Shown piece after piece: positions 13,215 through 27,199 of a stretch of 64,000 nt of DNA. The number at the start of each line of letters is the position of its first letter. The first letter of the stretch is position 1. The translations under genes and the position numbers were made by a program. The DNA comes from Phyllosticta citribraziliensis (Eukaryota), in contig NW_027117346.1 in the NCBI RefSeq assembly GCF_038025025.1, positions 1,116,001 through 1,180,000 of the forward strand, in the 5' to 3' direction. Under the pieces are notes generated by a model. It searched no databases and had not been told where the DNA came from. It saw only the letters and a list, made by a program, of their open reading frames with translations.

Positions 13215-14225
13215 ATGGCGAAGACGCCCCCGCTTCCCGGCCAACGAGTGATACCATTCTGGGGACAAATCGAAGAGCCCGAGGACCCGACGCCAATCTG
13301 CAGCCTCTGCCTCGACGTGCCCATCGGGTGGATCCGACCCGGGGACCCAGCAGACCACCACGACACGCTGCGGCTCAAGACGTGCGGGCACGTATTCGGG
13401 CGAAACTGCCTGCTGGACTACTACGACGCCGACGTGCGCGTGCACAAGTGCCCGACGTGCCGCCAGGCCTTCCGCCCGCCGCGCTCCCTCGTCTACGACC
13501 CCTCCGAGGACCTCATCGTGCCCGAGGACGGCAACTGGGCCATGAACGTGCCGGGCCGGCCGGGCATGCGCATCCAGGGCGAGTACGCGGGCCGGCTGCG
13601 CAGCGTCGAGGACTCGTTTTACGACCTCGAGTTCTTCGACCGCGCGGATGATATCCGGCTCGCGCGACGCACCCTGCCTCCTGCGTTCTATGTGAGCGGC
13701 AACTACGGCGCGTTCAAGGGCAATGTGCGGGAAGCGCAGAGGGACGAGAGGAGGATCCTGTTCACCCATGGAAACGAGTCGATTGGGGAGGCCGAGTTTG
13801 ACCGGTTGATCGCTTTCGCAAAGCTGCCGCGCGTTGAGGCGGACCCGATGGTTCCCAAGGACTTTGAGCGAGTGCGGTACCAGTGGGTGACGGTCCGGGC
13901 GCAACACATGTCGAAGAACCTGATGACTCTGTGGAGCCAGATGCACTTCAGGCCCGAGTACGGAATCCGGATGGGCTCGCCGCTACACGCAGTCGTTCTT
14001 GAGGTCCTCGCTGCGCTCGAGCAATGGTGCGGCGAGTACGATGGCATGATGTGCCAGTTGGAGACTCTGCAGGAGAACATGGTTACGACGCTGAGCAATA
14101 CCTGGCCGACTGTGACGAGGGATGAGTGTCCACAAGGCGCGGAGCTGCTTTTCACACACATTGTGCAGTGCCTGGCGTTGGCCAGGTTGACTCGTGAGAT
14201 GGAGGCGTTTGGTCGTCTGCCATAG
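13215..14225 (+). CDS. Intronless RING-variant (C3HGC3-type) zinc-finger protein with an unrecognised C-terminal region
   Basis: 336-aa ORF with a good ATG context and CSLC..CGHVFGRNC..CPTCR. Confidence 0.75.
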   Translation: MAKTPPLPGQRVIPFWGQIEEPEDPTPICSLCLDVPIGWIRPGDPADHHDTLRLKTCGHVFGRNCLLDYYDADVRVHKCPTCRQAFRPPRSLVYDPSEDLIVPEDGNWAMNVPGRPGMRIQGEYAGRLRSVEDSFYDLEFFDRADDIRLARRTLPPAFYVSGNYGAFKGNVREAQRDERRILFTHGNESIGEAEFDRLIAFAKLPRVEADPMVPKDFERVRYQWVTVRAQHMSKNLMTLWSQMHFRPEYGIRMGSPLHAVVLEVLAALEQWCGEYDGMMCQLETLQENMVTTLSNTWPTVTRDECPQGAELLFTHIVQCLALARLTREMEAFGRLP

Positions 14226-15517
14226 GTTGAGGGCAGAAGCAGGTCAGGGACACTAGTCGATTTGTCTTATTGAGCACTTTTTCTTTGCGATTGATGTTTT
14301 GATCATGTTGACAAGTCGATACGGTCAAGTAGAGGTGGTTGACGGCGCTAGCACGGATAGCTGAGACGACGGGCCAGAAGCCAAAATAAATTTTCACCTG
14401 CGACAGTCAATGCTAGTGGGGCAGCGAGCAGAAGTGACCGAGCCTAAGCAATCAATGTATGGGGTCCCCAGACAGACGCAAGTACAGCGGTGGGGCTCGG
14501 GCGTCTTGCTTGAAATTTGGCACCAAGCGCCGTTGAAGGAGGACTTGTTGGCTGGCACCAAAATGATGTCATGGCGCAAGAGAGAAGAAGAACGACGAGA
14601 TGGAGAGGCGATTGCGCAGAGGGTTCGAGAAGTAGATTTTGGAGGTGGAGAAGACGTGTCCCTGTGCATCAGTGGGACCAGTAGGGCCCAGGCCCCCTTG
14701 GCCGAATATGCGGGGACACGGGGCGGCTTGGGCGACAACACAGATACCACGTCGCAGAGCACAGCCAGGGCGAGGGTTGGAAGGAGATGGCGATGGTGTA
14801 GCTAGAGCTGATTGTTGCTTTGACTGTATGGCGCGGGCTGAAAGGCGCGATGTTGTACGGTTTAGGCGCCGCACGTCAACAACAGCCAACCAACCACAGG
14901 CGGCACCGGCACGACGCATCCCCCGGCTCGGAGAAACTCACGGGGCAGTGGCGGTGCAGGGGGGCTGCCATTGGCTGGTGGTGGAGATGTGTCGTCATGG
15001 GGGCTGATGCTGGGGCTGGTGCTAGTGCTGCCCTCGGCTGGGTGGTCAGTGGCAGCAGGAGCGGCCCGAGCGCCCGGAGAAAGTTGGCAGCAACGCAAGC
15101 AACCACCTGCACCCACGGCACTAGAGTAGGAGTCCGGTAGCTACCGTACATTACAGTACATGTTCCTGACTGCTAGGGCACCCGCTACTCACAGGTACTA
15201 AGACCCCCTTCTCGCCCGCTTGCCCAGACCCTCACTCCCCAATCTCGGCCATCTGTTTGCGGTGCCTGCCCTTGGTCACTGACCACTGACAGCCCAGCCA
15301 AGCCTCTCGGCATGCGTAAGTCTTCGGTTCTTTCCACCGCCACACCCACACAAGCCACTCTTCGTGTTGGGGCCTGCCCGCTGCCGCCTGCCCTGCCCTG
15401 CCCTGCCCTGCCTTATCTAATGCTCTCTCTCCCTTATAACCGCCCTCTTTGTCCTCTCCCTACTCTGCTCCTCTTGTTCCACCTTCACCACTTCTCGCCT
15501 GTCGCGACCCTCCATCG

Positions 15518-17921
15518 ATGGGAGATCCTTCTAATACCGACCTAGACCGTATCAACTCGTGGGCTCATGCGCATGCCTCAAACCGCACCCAGAGACCTGA
15601 CCGACGCCCACCTCAGCCGCTGAGGTCCACGCCCAGCAATGGCACAAATCCTTCTGACAAGTCGCCTGCCTCGCAGTCCGACCCCAACTCAACCTCCACC
15701 TCCCGCCAACCCCCAGACAATACCCAGCTTGATGGAGCTTCGCCTGCCGCCGTAGAAGGCAACCCCAAGTTGCCTCCCCTCACTCGCGCCAAAAATGGCA
15801 CTTTTCGATTCGTCAAACATTTCATCGATGCCCTGTGCTACAGCTGGGTGAATGTGCTCCTGGTCTTCGTGCCCATCGGCATAGCTACCAAGCCTGCTCA
15901 CATGTCCGAAGAGCTGGTCTTCTCCATGAACGCCATTGCCATTATCCCGCTCGCCGGCTTGCTTAGCCACGCCACTGAGAGCGTGGCATCAAGGCTGGGA
16001 GACACTCTCGGCGCCCTGCTCAACGTATCCTTTGGAAATGCTGTCGAGTTGATCCTGTTCATCATTCTTCTGGCTAAGGACCAGATTCGTGTTGTCCAGG
16101 CTTCGCTGCTGGGCTCCATCCTGGCAAACTTGCTTCTGATTCTGGGCATGGCCTTTTTGCTTGGTGGCCTGCGCTTCCAGGAACAAGTCTACAACAACAC
16201 CGTGACAAACATGAGTGCCTGTTTGCTTAGTCTTGCAGTCATGAGTCTGCTCTTGCCGGTAGGTCCTTGTTGATTTGTTCGACAAGACTGCCCATTGCGA
16301 ATACTGACCACAAACAGACGGCCTTTCACGCCTCCTTCTCCAACGAGGCGAATGCAGATGTCAAGACTCTCAAGGTCAGCCGTGGCACCAGCGTCGTGCT
16401 CCTCGTCGTCTACGTCCTCTACTTGCTGTTTCAACTCAAGTCCCACTCGTACCTCTACGAAAGCACGCCCCAACACATTATCGACGAGGAGTCTCATCCT
16501 GGTGTGCTTGCCGACATGCTCAATTCCAGCTCATCCGACTCGTCCAGCTCTTCTAGTGACTCTAGCGACACCGACACGTCTTCTGGCTCGAACACGACGG
16601 CGAAACGGATCAAGCGCGCCTTTCGACACCGCAAGCGAAGAAAGTCGAGCGCAAGCTCGAGGACTAGCCCGTCCATGCCCTCGGCAGCATCCGTCATCAC
16701 TAGCCCTTCGGTCGAGAATCACCGCGCATACTTTGACTCTCAGGCACACGCCAGCTCAGGCCAGACTGATGGGCCGTCTCGCGGCGAATCGGCCCTTGGT
16801 GCCATCCTGAGCGGCGATGAGGCCGACAATGACGAGGAGAAGCCCGAAGGCATGCCCCGCGTACGCGACTTTGAACAAGGCTCCTCGGTCTCTCCTCCTG
16901 TCGAAAAGCCCCGCAAGAAGGAAAAGAAGAAGCACAAAAAGTCGCGCTCCCACAAGGCTGCCGAGGGACAGTTGAACGAAAAGACTGCCGGAGTCAGCGA
17001 GCATCCTCAGGGCTCTGCAAGGCAACAAAAGGCCGTCGATCGTCCACACGTCGGATTCGCAGATGGCACAGCCGAAGCAGCACCCGAGACTGCGACCCAA
17101 AACAAGCGCCCGTTCAACATTCGTCAGCTTTCCGGACGACCCCCAAGGCTCCCCTCGCTCCTGTCCAACAATGTCTTTGTCACACCGTCGTCCAATGTTC
17201 CTCAGACGCATGCAAACACGGCTCGTGGCGCAGGATTGCGCCGCACAGCTTCTCTTCCGGATCGCCTGAACCGACCTTCGCCGGCAGTTGCTGGCCCACC
17301 AGCTCCTGGCCAGGTCAGACCCGTCAATTCCGAGCACGAGTCGCAGGAAGAAGAAGAGCACGGCGAAATGTCGCGCACGTGCGCCATTGTCATGCTGGTC
17401 ATCTCGACTGGACTGGTTGCCGTCTGCGCCGACTTTATGAGTGACGCCATCCAGCCTCTGGTCGAGACGACGGGTGTCAGCCAGGCCTTTATCGGTCTCA
17501 TCATTCTCCCCATTGTCGGCAATGCTGCAGAGCACGTCACTGCCGTGACAGTGGCCGCAAAGAATAAAATGGACCTTGCAATTGGTGTCGCCGTGGGCAG
17601 CAGTATTCAGATTGCCATCTTCGTCACTCCAATCATCGTACTGCTGGGCTGGATCATGGGCAAGGAAATGTCGCTCTACTTCAACATTTTCGAGACCGTC
17701 TCGCTGTTTGTGACGGCCTTTGTCATCAACTTTTTGATTCTCGACGGCCGCAGCAACTATCTCGAGGGCTCCCTGTTGATTGCGGCCTACATTATCATTG
17801 CGTAAGTTGGATGCACGTTGCTAGACATGGTATAAACTAACTCGTGTCTAGGGTTGCTTCCTTCTTCTATCCCGACGGCTGCGATGCCAGCCAGATCGGT
17901 GGCTCGACTGGATCTTGCTAA
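15518..17921 (+). CDS. Ca2+/H+ antiporter (CAX/VCX1 family) with a long cytosolic loop
   Basis: Alpha-repeat motifs LNVSFGNAVELI and LPIVGNAAEH, plus GSSIQIA and FQLKSH. Introns 16259-16317 and 17802-17851. TAA at 17919-17921. Confidence 0.9.
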
Positions 17922-18476
17922 GGCTTGACCTGGCCGTAGCTTTTCAACTTCTTTTCTTTTCTTCCAAAGGCGAGGGCGTCGGCATGTCAGTGAGCAGTGA
18001 ATGGATTGCTTCAAAAGCATGAGAGGGATACTCAAGCATTGACGAAGGTATTGAACGGAGACGCGGATATGTGAGGCTGGGGCAGAATCGAGTCGAGTAG
18101 TATTCGGGGTAGGGCTTGCTAGGTGTTTGCTTCTTTGATGTCGAGATGAGGCTTTTACGATGAGATACCAACTGATTCATTCTTTCACTCTTACCCTGCC
18201 CATTTCTTCATTCTCACATGACATTCCATAATTGTTCCAATAATGGAGCTTAATTCATACCAAGTTCAACACCAGACGCCGTTCCCGTCGTGCCTGTTTG
18301 CATTTTTTCAATCTATGTGGTCGTTTCAATCGTACAGTCTGAAAGTATTACAAGGCGGACAGCCAATGTCCGAGTGGAAGCGAGCGCAGGATATGAAAAG
18401 CGCAGCGCCGTGGTCCCCACGAAAGAAATGATGCCGCAATCTTCCTCCCATCTCCACCGCCGGCTTACCTTTTATC

Positions 18477-20008
18477 CTACGCCGCCGCAACGCGTGCCCC
18501 CATGCGCTGAAAGACGACAGCGTCATCATCCACGTCGTCGACGACGGGCGACTCGACGGGACTGATGCGGCTGCCCATGCGGTCCAGCGCCGGCTCAGGC
18601 GTCGTGCTTCGGCTGATGCTCGTGGGTTGCGGGTTCGGGTGCAAAAGGGGGACGTTGAGGCCGGAATTGACCTCTTGGGACTGGGGCTTCCCCGAGTCCG
18701 ACGGCTTCGTCTTGGTCGGGGTGACCATCAAGCTGTCCTTCCGGCCCCTGGCGCCCTCGCCCCTGCGCATGGCGGCGACCTCGTCCTCGACGCGGCGCAG
18801 CATGTCCTGCTCGGCGCGCGGGTCGCCGAGGACCTGCAGCATGCCCTCGCGGGTGGCGACGCGCTCGATGCTGCCGAAGTACTTGACCGTCTTGACCTTG
18901 AGCTCGAGGGTGGCGTCGTCGTCGGCGACGACCATGGCGTGCGGGTGCATCTGCAGGGCGCTCAGGGTCCACATGTGCGAGACGCCGTCCTCGACGCAGC
19001 GCTGCAGGGCGGCGGCCTTGTGGGCGCCCGTCACGATGGCGACGACCTCGCGCGCGTCCAGCACGGTGCCGACGCCGACCGTCAGCGCCATGCTCGGCAC
19101 GGCGGCCACGTCGTTGTCGAAGAAGCGCGCGTTGGCCAGCTGCGTGTCGTAGGCCAGCGTCTTGACGCGCGTGCGGCTGGCCAGCGACGAGCCCGGCTCG
19201 TTGAAGGCAATGTGCCCGTCGCTGCCGATGCCGGCCAGGAACAGCTCGATGCCGCCGTAGCTGCGGATCAGGGCCTCGTAGCGCGCGCACTCGGCGGCGA
19301 GGTTGGGCGCGTTGCCGTTGAGCAGGTGGGTTTGGCTGGGGGGCAGGTCGGTGTGGGAGAAGAGGTGCGTGTACATGAAGGTGTGGTAGGACTGGGGGTG
19401 GTCGCGCGGGAGGGAGACGTATTCGTCCTGCGTGGTGTTAGTCCATGGGGGCACCAGGGGTAAGGGGGAGGAAGAAGTGAGGAAGTGACGAGAGGAGAAG
19501 GAAGGAATGGCGGTGTGAGAAGAGAGACGATGCAGAGTCAGTCTCTCTGCAGCCCCGGGGCACGAGACATGTTTCGACTGGTGCCTCGTTCATGCATGGC
19601 ATCAAGGGCAGCGAATGGCGAGGCCGACGCCATGTATAAGGGGGCGGGTGGCTGGCTGGACAGAGACATCATACCATGTTGAACGTGACAACATTTTGGA
19701 ACGACAGCTCGCCCCTCTTGTACTTTTCGACCAGCAGCTTGTATATGATCTCCGGGCTGCTGCCCGTGGGCAGGCCCAGGACGAAGGGGCGCTCGGGGGT
19801 GGGGTCAAAGGACCTGATGCGCTCTACGACTAGATGAGCATCCATCCCATCGTCTTATCTATACCGCAAGTGACGCACCGACGATGTAGTCTGCAATGTA
19901 CTGCGAGGCGGCGGTGGGGTCGTCGCGGATGATGAGCCTCCTGGATGGTGGTGTTGGTCAGCGCTAGTCCGCGAACAGGACGACAGGGCCACGGATCGAG
20001 TCGTACAT
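18477..20008 (-). CDS. NAG1: Glucosamine-6-phosphate deaminase (NagB/DAM1)
   Basis: Spliced product [45 protein letters not shown]. Introns 20006-19941, 19878-19824 and 19674-19428. Confidence 0.95.
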
Positions 20009-20900
20009 GGTGATGAGCGGCGCCGGGATGCGATTGAGCGGTAGGCTGGTGCTAAAAGCGGATACGGAAGCCGGTCGGAGGAATTTGGGAGCAGTTTGGA
20101 TCGTCTGGTACCAGAGGTCAGTGGTAGGAAACGGCCGGGCAGGTACATTTGACCTATCTATTTAGACTCTCGGGCAGACGTCATGGACGAGTGGATGCAA
20201 CGGGTGCGGAGAAGAGAGGGTGCATCAGCGTGTTACTACGGAGCGTCGCTGCAGTGCAGTGCAGTGCTATCGCTGAGCTTAATCGTGACATGACTGATGG
20301 CCCCGGTGGGCCCTGATGGAGCGCGCCGAAGGGCCCAGGGTCAGGGTCAGGGTCAGGGTCCGCCTGGGTGCGGGCTGCAGTGCGGAGAGACGGCCACGGG
20401 CAGCAGAGTGGCTGATCAAACGGTTACATTGAGGCTGAAGGATAATCAATGTTTCCCTCGTCGAGTCCGACCATGTTATCTGCTGTCGCTGACATGGGCA
20501 CGTTTGTCCTCTCCCTCTCCCTCTCCGCAACCGAAGCTCGACTCTTCCATTCTCTTCAGCCCCTGGACCACGTCCCATTCGCCCACACGCCTCGGCCCTT
20601 CCGTATTTGGGCCACACCTATCGTCCAGCCTAGCCTATCGCGCTGATAGCTCCATGCGGCACAGACGAAGACGCATGTCACCCCAGCTGCCAATCATCCA
20701 ATCCACCCCCCGCGCCACCACTGGATATATACCCTCTTCACCTGCATACCACGCCATGCAACCGAAACAATTCCTCGCCTGGTCCTCTGCGTCCCCAAGA
20801 CCGGTTCCCGCCCCTCCCTGCGCTACCTATATCCAACCACCACATGCTCCATGACAACCGAGTAGCCACATCACCACGAACCCACCCCGACATCCTCGCA

Positions 20901-22624
20901 ATGGCTGCGTCCGACGTCGAGAAGACGACGCCCGCCAACGAGCGCCCGGCCTCGGACACCCATTCCGCTGAGGAAGCTGGCATTGCCGACTCGCGCCCGC
21001 GCTCGTGGAAGTACCGCGAGTTCAACATCCTGGGCCACCGCGTGTGGTACGCGTCGCCGCCAGCCCAGCTCCTCATCGTCTCGCTCGTCTGTTTCTTGTG
21101 TCCTGGCATGTTCAATGCCCTGTCCGGCATGGGCGGCGGCGGCCAGGTCGACACGTCGGCCGCGAACAAGGCCAACATCGCCCTCTACTCGACCTTTGCC
21201 GTCGTCGGCTTCATGGCCGGCACCATCGCCAACACCCTGGGCATCAAGTTCGCCCTTGGCTTTGGCGGTCTGGGCTACAGCATCTACGTCGCATCTTTCC
21301 TGTCCTTTTCGCACACGAGCAATTACGGCTTCACCATCTTTGCCGGCGCCTTCTTGGGCGTGTGCGCCGGCCTGTTGTGGTGCGCGCAGGGCGCCATCAT
21401 GATGTCGTATCCCGCCGAGGAGTCCAAGGGCCGCTACATTTCCTGGTTTTGGATGATTTTCAACCTGGGAGCCGTCATTGGAAGCCTGGTAAGCCGAGCC
21501 CGCTGCGCTGGGTTGTGGTGCTGGCCACGAGCTCACAGTCAACATCCCTTGCTAACCATGGCGCGTTTCGTCACGCCTGCAGATTCCCCTCGGCCAGAAT
21601 ATCCACACCACAACCGACAGCACCGTCTCCGATGGCACCTACATTGGATTTTTGATTCTTACCCTGCTGGGCGCCGCCCTGGCTTTTGCTCTCGTCGATG
21701 CCAAGAGTGTGGTGCGCGAGGACGGCTCACGTGTCATCCTCATGAAGAACCCAACGTTCAAGTCTGAAATCATGGGCATGTATGAGACGTTCCTTACTGA
21801 TCCGTACATCATCGTGCTTTTCCCCATGTTCTTCGCCAGCAACTGGTTCTACACGTACCAGTTCAACGATGTCAATTCGGCCTATTTCAACACCCGCACC
21901 CGCGCCCTCAACAACACGCTCTACTATCTGATGCAGATTGTCGGCGCCTTCATTTTCGGCTACGCCCTCGACTATCGGTCCGTCCGGCGTTCAGTTCGCG
22001 CCAAGGCTGTCTGGGGTGTCCTGTTTGTGATTACTATGGTGCTCTGGGGCGGCGGCTACGAGTTCCAAAAGGGCTACACGCGCGCCGACAAGGCCTCCGG
22101 CGACCTCAAGCCCAAGGACTGGAGTGACTCGGGCTACATTGGACCCATGTTCTTGTACATGTTTTACGGCTTCTACGACGCCGCGTGGCAGACCACTGTA
22201 TACTGGTGCGTCCCCTCTCCCTCCCTTCTCCCGTTCCCAACTTGTCTGACATCTCACCAGGCTCATGGGCGCCATGACCAACAACGGGCGCAAACTGGCC
22301 AACTTTGCCGGCTTCTACAAGGGCATCCAGTCGGCGGGCGCGGCCGTCATCTGGTCGCTCGACCTCGACGGCAAGCCCTACATGAACCTCTTCGCGTCGT
22401 GCTGGGGCTTGCTCGGCGGCTCGCTCATCATCGCCGCCCCGCTCATCTGGCTCAAGATCAAGGACCACGTCAACCTGGCCGACGATCTGCGCTTCACCGA
22501 CGAGACGGCCAGCGATGTGGCGCCCGATGGCAGCGCGGGCGGCGCCGTCGTCGAGGAGACGCTCGGCTTTGGGCCGACCGCGGCGGCCAAGGCGGAGAAG
22601 AGTGAAGGCGCAGCAGTGCATTAA
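20901..22624 (+). CDS. NGT1: UNC-93/DUF895 MFS transporter, Ngt1/NOPE1-type GlcNAc transporter
   Basis: FLCPGMFNALSGMGGGG, GLLWCAQGAIMMSYP, FFASNWFYTYQFN, GFYKGIQSAGAAV. Introns 21489-21582 and 22206-22260. Divergent from NAG1. The substrate is inferred from family and context. Confidence 0.82.
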
Positions 22625-22751
22625 AGAAGGGGAAGAAAGAAAAAGAAGAAGTGAAGCAGCGCGAGGGTGGCGGTGAGTGATTGAGCGAGCGTCTTGTCCG
22701 TCTGTGTTGCATTTTGGCCGGTTTGGGATCTTTTGCGTCTTGTGTGTGTGC

Positions 22752-22752
<1 letters not shown>

Positions 22753-22793
<41 letters not shown>
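22753..22793. repeat. (TC)n microsatellite, about 20 units, in the NGT1 3' region
   Basis: Perfect TC run preceded by a short TG run. Confidence 0.95.
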
Positions 22794-22796
<3 letters not shown>

Positions 22797-25544
22797 TTCC
22801 CTCTCGAGAATGACGACGACGACGAGATATTTATATACCACTTTTCTTCTTTTGTTCTTGGTGGTTAGTTGGCAGGAGGTGTATGATGACGATTGGAGAG
22901 GGGGGGAGAGAGAGAGAAGGAGGGAGAGTACAGTGGCAGGATGGCTTCGCTGGCTTCGCACATACATGTACCGTCTGTCTGCGCGTATCTGAAGCAAAAG
23001 AAGAACGGGAGATACCGGCGGTGGGAGAATGGGCTGGAAGGATCTAAGGACGAGGCAAGGATGGCATGGCACGGCGCGCGGCGGAATCGATTATCGGTAC
23101 ACCCGCAACTTCTTCTGTAGTTAATTGCAGTTTAATGACTTGTCCATTCTCTTCTTTGCACGTTTTTCCTCCACTCACTTTTATCACCTCCTTTCTTCCA
23201 ATTGTTTTGGCCTTTTTCCCTTTACTCTCGTTTTATGTTTGATTCAGTGTACAGATTGCATATATCTCAATTTAGTAAACATCCATGACTCTTTCTAGCT
23301 ATCGAATGCTTGATTATAAGCCACGAGCAAATCATGATGCAGTGGCTACACCGAGAAAAGCAATTATTTGATTGAAATCCACGGAACAGGATTCATCTCG
23401 ACATACGATGCAACAAGTCAGCATTTTGACCGTACGTTCCCGTTTGGCTTTTGAAACTCGGGATCAGGGCAGAGTAGGTTGAAAACTGATGTGTTGGCCG
23501 TGGGAATGGTGGAGAGCAGGTAATCGTAATCATCTATATACCACACGAAGCATTTGCCCAGCACAGACGAAGGAGCCGGCACGTAGCAGTGGCAGTTGCG
23601 GTGGCGTGACCAGGTAGGATATGCACATACACGAGCTGGATGAACGACCTAGAGAGTACGGTACTTGCGGTAAGCGGTCCAAGCTACGCCTTTCGTGGGT
23701 ACTCGAGATACCTCGGTACTTTCCTCGCAATGGCAGCAAGCAGCCAGCTGCCCGTTCCGTGGAATGTAGTGTGTGTGTGTGTACAGCGCCGGCCGGGCCG
23801 TTGGGATCCACGACACCAACCTAACGGGCGGAGCGGCCGACGGATATGTAAGGTTGAGCACGCTACTGTCTGCTCTGTGGATTTCCCCGGGGTTACGGCA
23901 ATGCAAGGTCGCTCGCTGCTCGGCCAGATGGCCGGTTGGCCGGTTGGTCGAGGGGGTGTCTGGTCTACGTCTGTCGAAGTTGAGGAATTGAGGCTCTGGC
24001 GAGCCGTGGGATTTGGTTGGCGAGGTTTTGGGTTGGTGGGTTGATTACCTCGTTTGGGGGTAGGCTTGATGTATACCTATGTCGACAATGGTGCGTGTGG
24101 TCTGCGAGCAAAAAGATACATGGCACGAAAGGAAGAGAGATGGAGGGAAATGGAAAGTGACGGTACTCGAGCATGAAGAGATCGAATGTCCTTCCCAATC
24201 AGGCAGTCGGGTGCGTCAGGGCCGACACCTGGCTGGCTGAGTCTCTCCCCGCAACGTGACGCAGATCTGGCCGATGAGACGTGTATGCGGCTCAGGTGGT
24301 GGTGGCGGTCAAGGACTGTCTCGGCGTGGAATCTTGCCATGACCCAGTCTCTTTAGGTCTCGTGATAAACGGCGAGACTGAGAATGAGATGCAGTGGCGT
24401 GCGACTTTGTCATGGTTTGGTTCTCTTGTTTCATCGTCGCGATGCTACTACACTGCTCGAATACGCATGATCCTGGCAGGCTTATGATGCTGCCTGCCGT
24501 TGGTGGCGGCGGCTGGCCTCGAGACATGGCGGCCATTGTTTATGCGAAGAAGTCGACATCTGCCGGATGGCATGCAGGGTGAACAATGACGAGACGTCAA
24601 GCCGCTCCATCGTGGCAGCGGTCAAGCCGAAGCGACATCAACGTCTGTGAGGGATCCTCTGGCGTGGCTTCCCGGCTGTGAGGGATGGGGCAAAAAGACC
24701 ATGCAAACGACGCCACGTCTGTATGTGATGGCGATGGCGCAAATGCTTCAGCATCTGCGAGGGATGGCGAGTATGGCCATGGGATGGGCGAAGAAAGTGG
24801 CACAGAAAAGGAGAGGTGAGGCCTGACGCATGAGGCAAGTCGCAGGCCGGGCAGGGCAGGCTGGAGCTCGCTCGGCAAGGCTGGGTCGAGGGTTCCACGG
24901 CGGCCAGGTCACGTCGGGACGTGAGATGGTGGCACCGAGGAGCGTCGACGTTTTGGGACTTGTTCGGCTTCATGGTCACAGATGCAACCGAAGGCCAAGG
25001 CTCCTGAAGGGGATATAAGCAATGGGGCAGCGAGGTTGCACGCAGCAGGATGGGCTCGATGGGGCGAGTGGAGTGCGACCTGGGTGGACTTTGATAGGCG
25101 ACAGCGTGACATTCGGCAATCTGCGATGGGAGAAGTGGAGACGGGCGTTGTCTGATTGCAGGACCTCAGCGGGCAGAGTTACACCCAACGGGCGGGAGCA
25201 TGGTGTTGAAGTTTTGAACATGTCGCGGAGAGCAGAGGTGAGAGGTGAGAGGTGAGAGGAAGGGCCGCACGTGGGCTTGGCTGCGGGCGGGTCGCGGGGG
25301 CTGCATCGGGCTAGCTGCGTTGCATCGTCTCGTATCATTTCGACGACGGCAGTGATGTGCCTTGCCTACCTTACCATAGCGACATGGCTAGACACTACAC
25401 AATGCCCATACCAGTTGGTTTTCTCCTGCTCTGGCCTCCTCCGCCTCCTCCTCCTTCTCCTCCTCCCGCCCCGACTTATATACCGACGCGCCACCGGGTC
25501 CATTGACTCCCTCTCCGCCATCCCAGTCCCAGTCCTCTCCCGTC

Positions 25545-27199
25545 ATGCTCCCCTCGCCCATCCACGCCGTGCTCCCCCCGTCTCTGTCTTCCTCTCCGAA
25601 GCGCGTCCACAATGTAGTTCGCGCCTGCGACCTCTCCATGGACGACTTTCTGCGTGACGTCCACCGTCAGTTTGACGCCCCTCTCCGCCCTGAGCGCCTC
25701 GTCACCATGTCGGCCAAGCTGCAGCACCAGTTTGCCCAAAAGCTTCAGACCTCGTCCATGTGCATGCTGCCGTCCTACAACCACACGCTGCCCACTGGTC
25801 ACGAACGCGGCACCTATCTCGCCCTCGACGTCGGCGGCTCGACTTTCCGCGTGGCCCTCGTCAAACTCGGCTCCAAGCGCATGGACCTGGTCACCATCTT
25901 TTGCTTCCCCATCACCAACGCCGTGCGCGCCCTCGAAGGTCCCGCCTTTTTCGACTGGATGGCCGACCGCATCGCCGAAACTCTGCTGGACCCGCAGGTC
26001 CAATCCCATTGTGACAGCGCCCAGACGCTGCCCATGGGCGTGGCCTGGTCCTTCCCCATCGAGTAGGCTAGCAGCATTCCTTTGGCCCCTGCAAACAAGA
26101 CTGACGGCTCAGACAAACTTCGACTCGCAGCGGCATTCTCTTAGGCATGGGCAAGGGGTTTCGCGCAACCAACGGCGTCCTCGGCCAGGACTTGGGCGAC
26201 TTGATTCAGCAGGCGTGTGTGAGAAGGGTGGGCATAATATACCTGTCAAGCCAGACTCGTGCTAATCGTGACAGAACCTCAATGTTCGTATGGATGCCAT
26301 TGTCAATGATTCGTCGGCCACTCTGCTCTCGCGCGCCTACGAGGACGAGTCAACCCGGTTGGCGTTGATTTTGGGCACCGGATTGAACGCCTCTGTCCAT
26401 TTGCCCGTGACTGTTTTGTCCCGCGAAAAGTTTGGCCAGAGACCTCAAGAGTGGCACGACCAGGCAGAGCGCGTGCTCGTCAACACGGAATTGAGCATGT
26501 TTGGCAAAGACATTCTACCCACTTCGCGATGGGACGATTATCTCAACGCCAATCATGACCATCCGGATTTCCAGCCTTACGAGCATTTGATCAGCGGCCG
26601 CTACATGGGCGAAATCGTGCGTCTGATTCTGCTCGAGGCCATTCAAAGAGCCGGGTTGTTCGGCGGAAACATTCCTGAAAAGTTCAGCGAGCCGTACAGC
26701 TTCGACACGGGCATCATGGCCGTTTTCGAATCGTAAGGTTCTCGACCGATTATTTCATACAACCCATTGCTAACGAAAATGCAGCGATGAAACGCCTACC
26801 CTATCCAAGGCCTGCACAACCCTCCAAGCGGCGCACCCCCTGCCCACGCCGCCGACCTACGCCGATCTCGTCCACGTCCGGCGTATCTGCCAGCTCGTAT
26901 CACACCGTGCCGCGGCGTACCTGGCGACGGGCGTGCACGCGCTCTGGGAGCTGCGCAACAAGGCCGAAAACCTGACCCCCGCCACAGTCGGCCACGTCTC
27001 CATCAGCTGCAACGGGTCCGTCATTGAAAAGTACCCGGAATTCAGGTCTCTTGCCCAGCGCTACATCAACGAGCTCACGACGTTGAGCGGCGCCGATCCC
27101 GCCGGCTGCGTCGACCTTGAGCTCGCGTACGAGTCGTCCATCTTTGGCGCTGCCGTCGCCGTGTGCTGCCTCGAGGACCATGATGATCATGTCTCGTAG
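25545..27199 (+). CDS. Hexokinase-family GlcNAc kinase (Hxk1/Hxk3 type)
   Basis: [61 protein letters not shown]. Introns 26063-26112, 26228-26274 and 26733-26784. The start could be 25545 or 25638. Confidence 0.9.
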
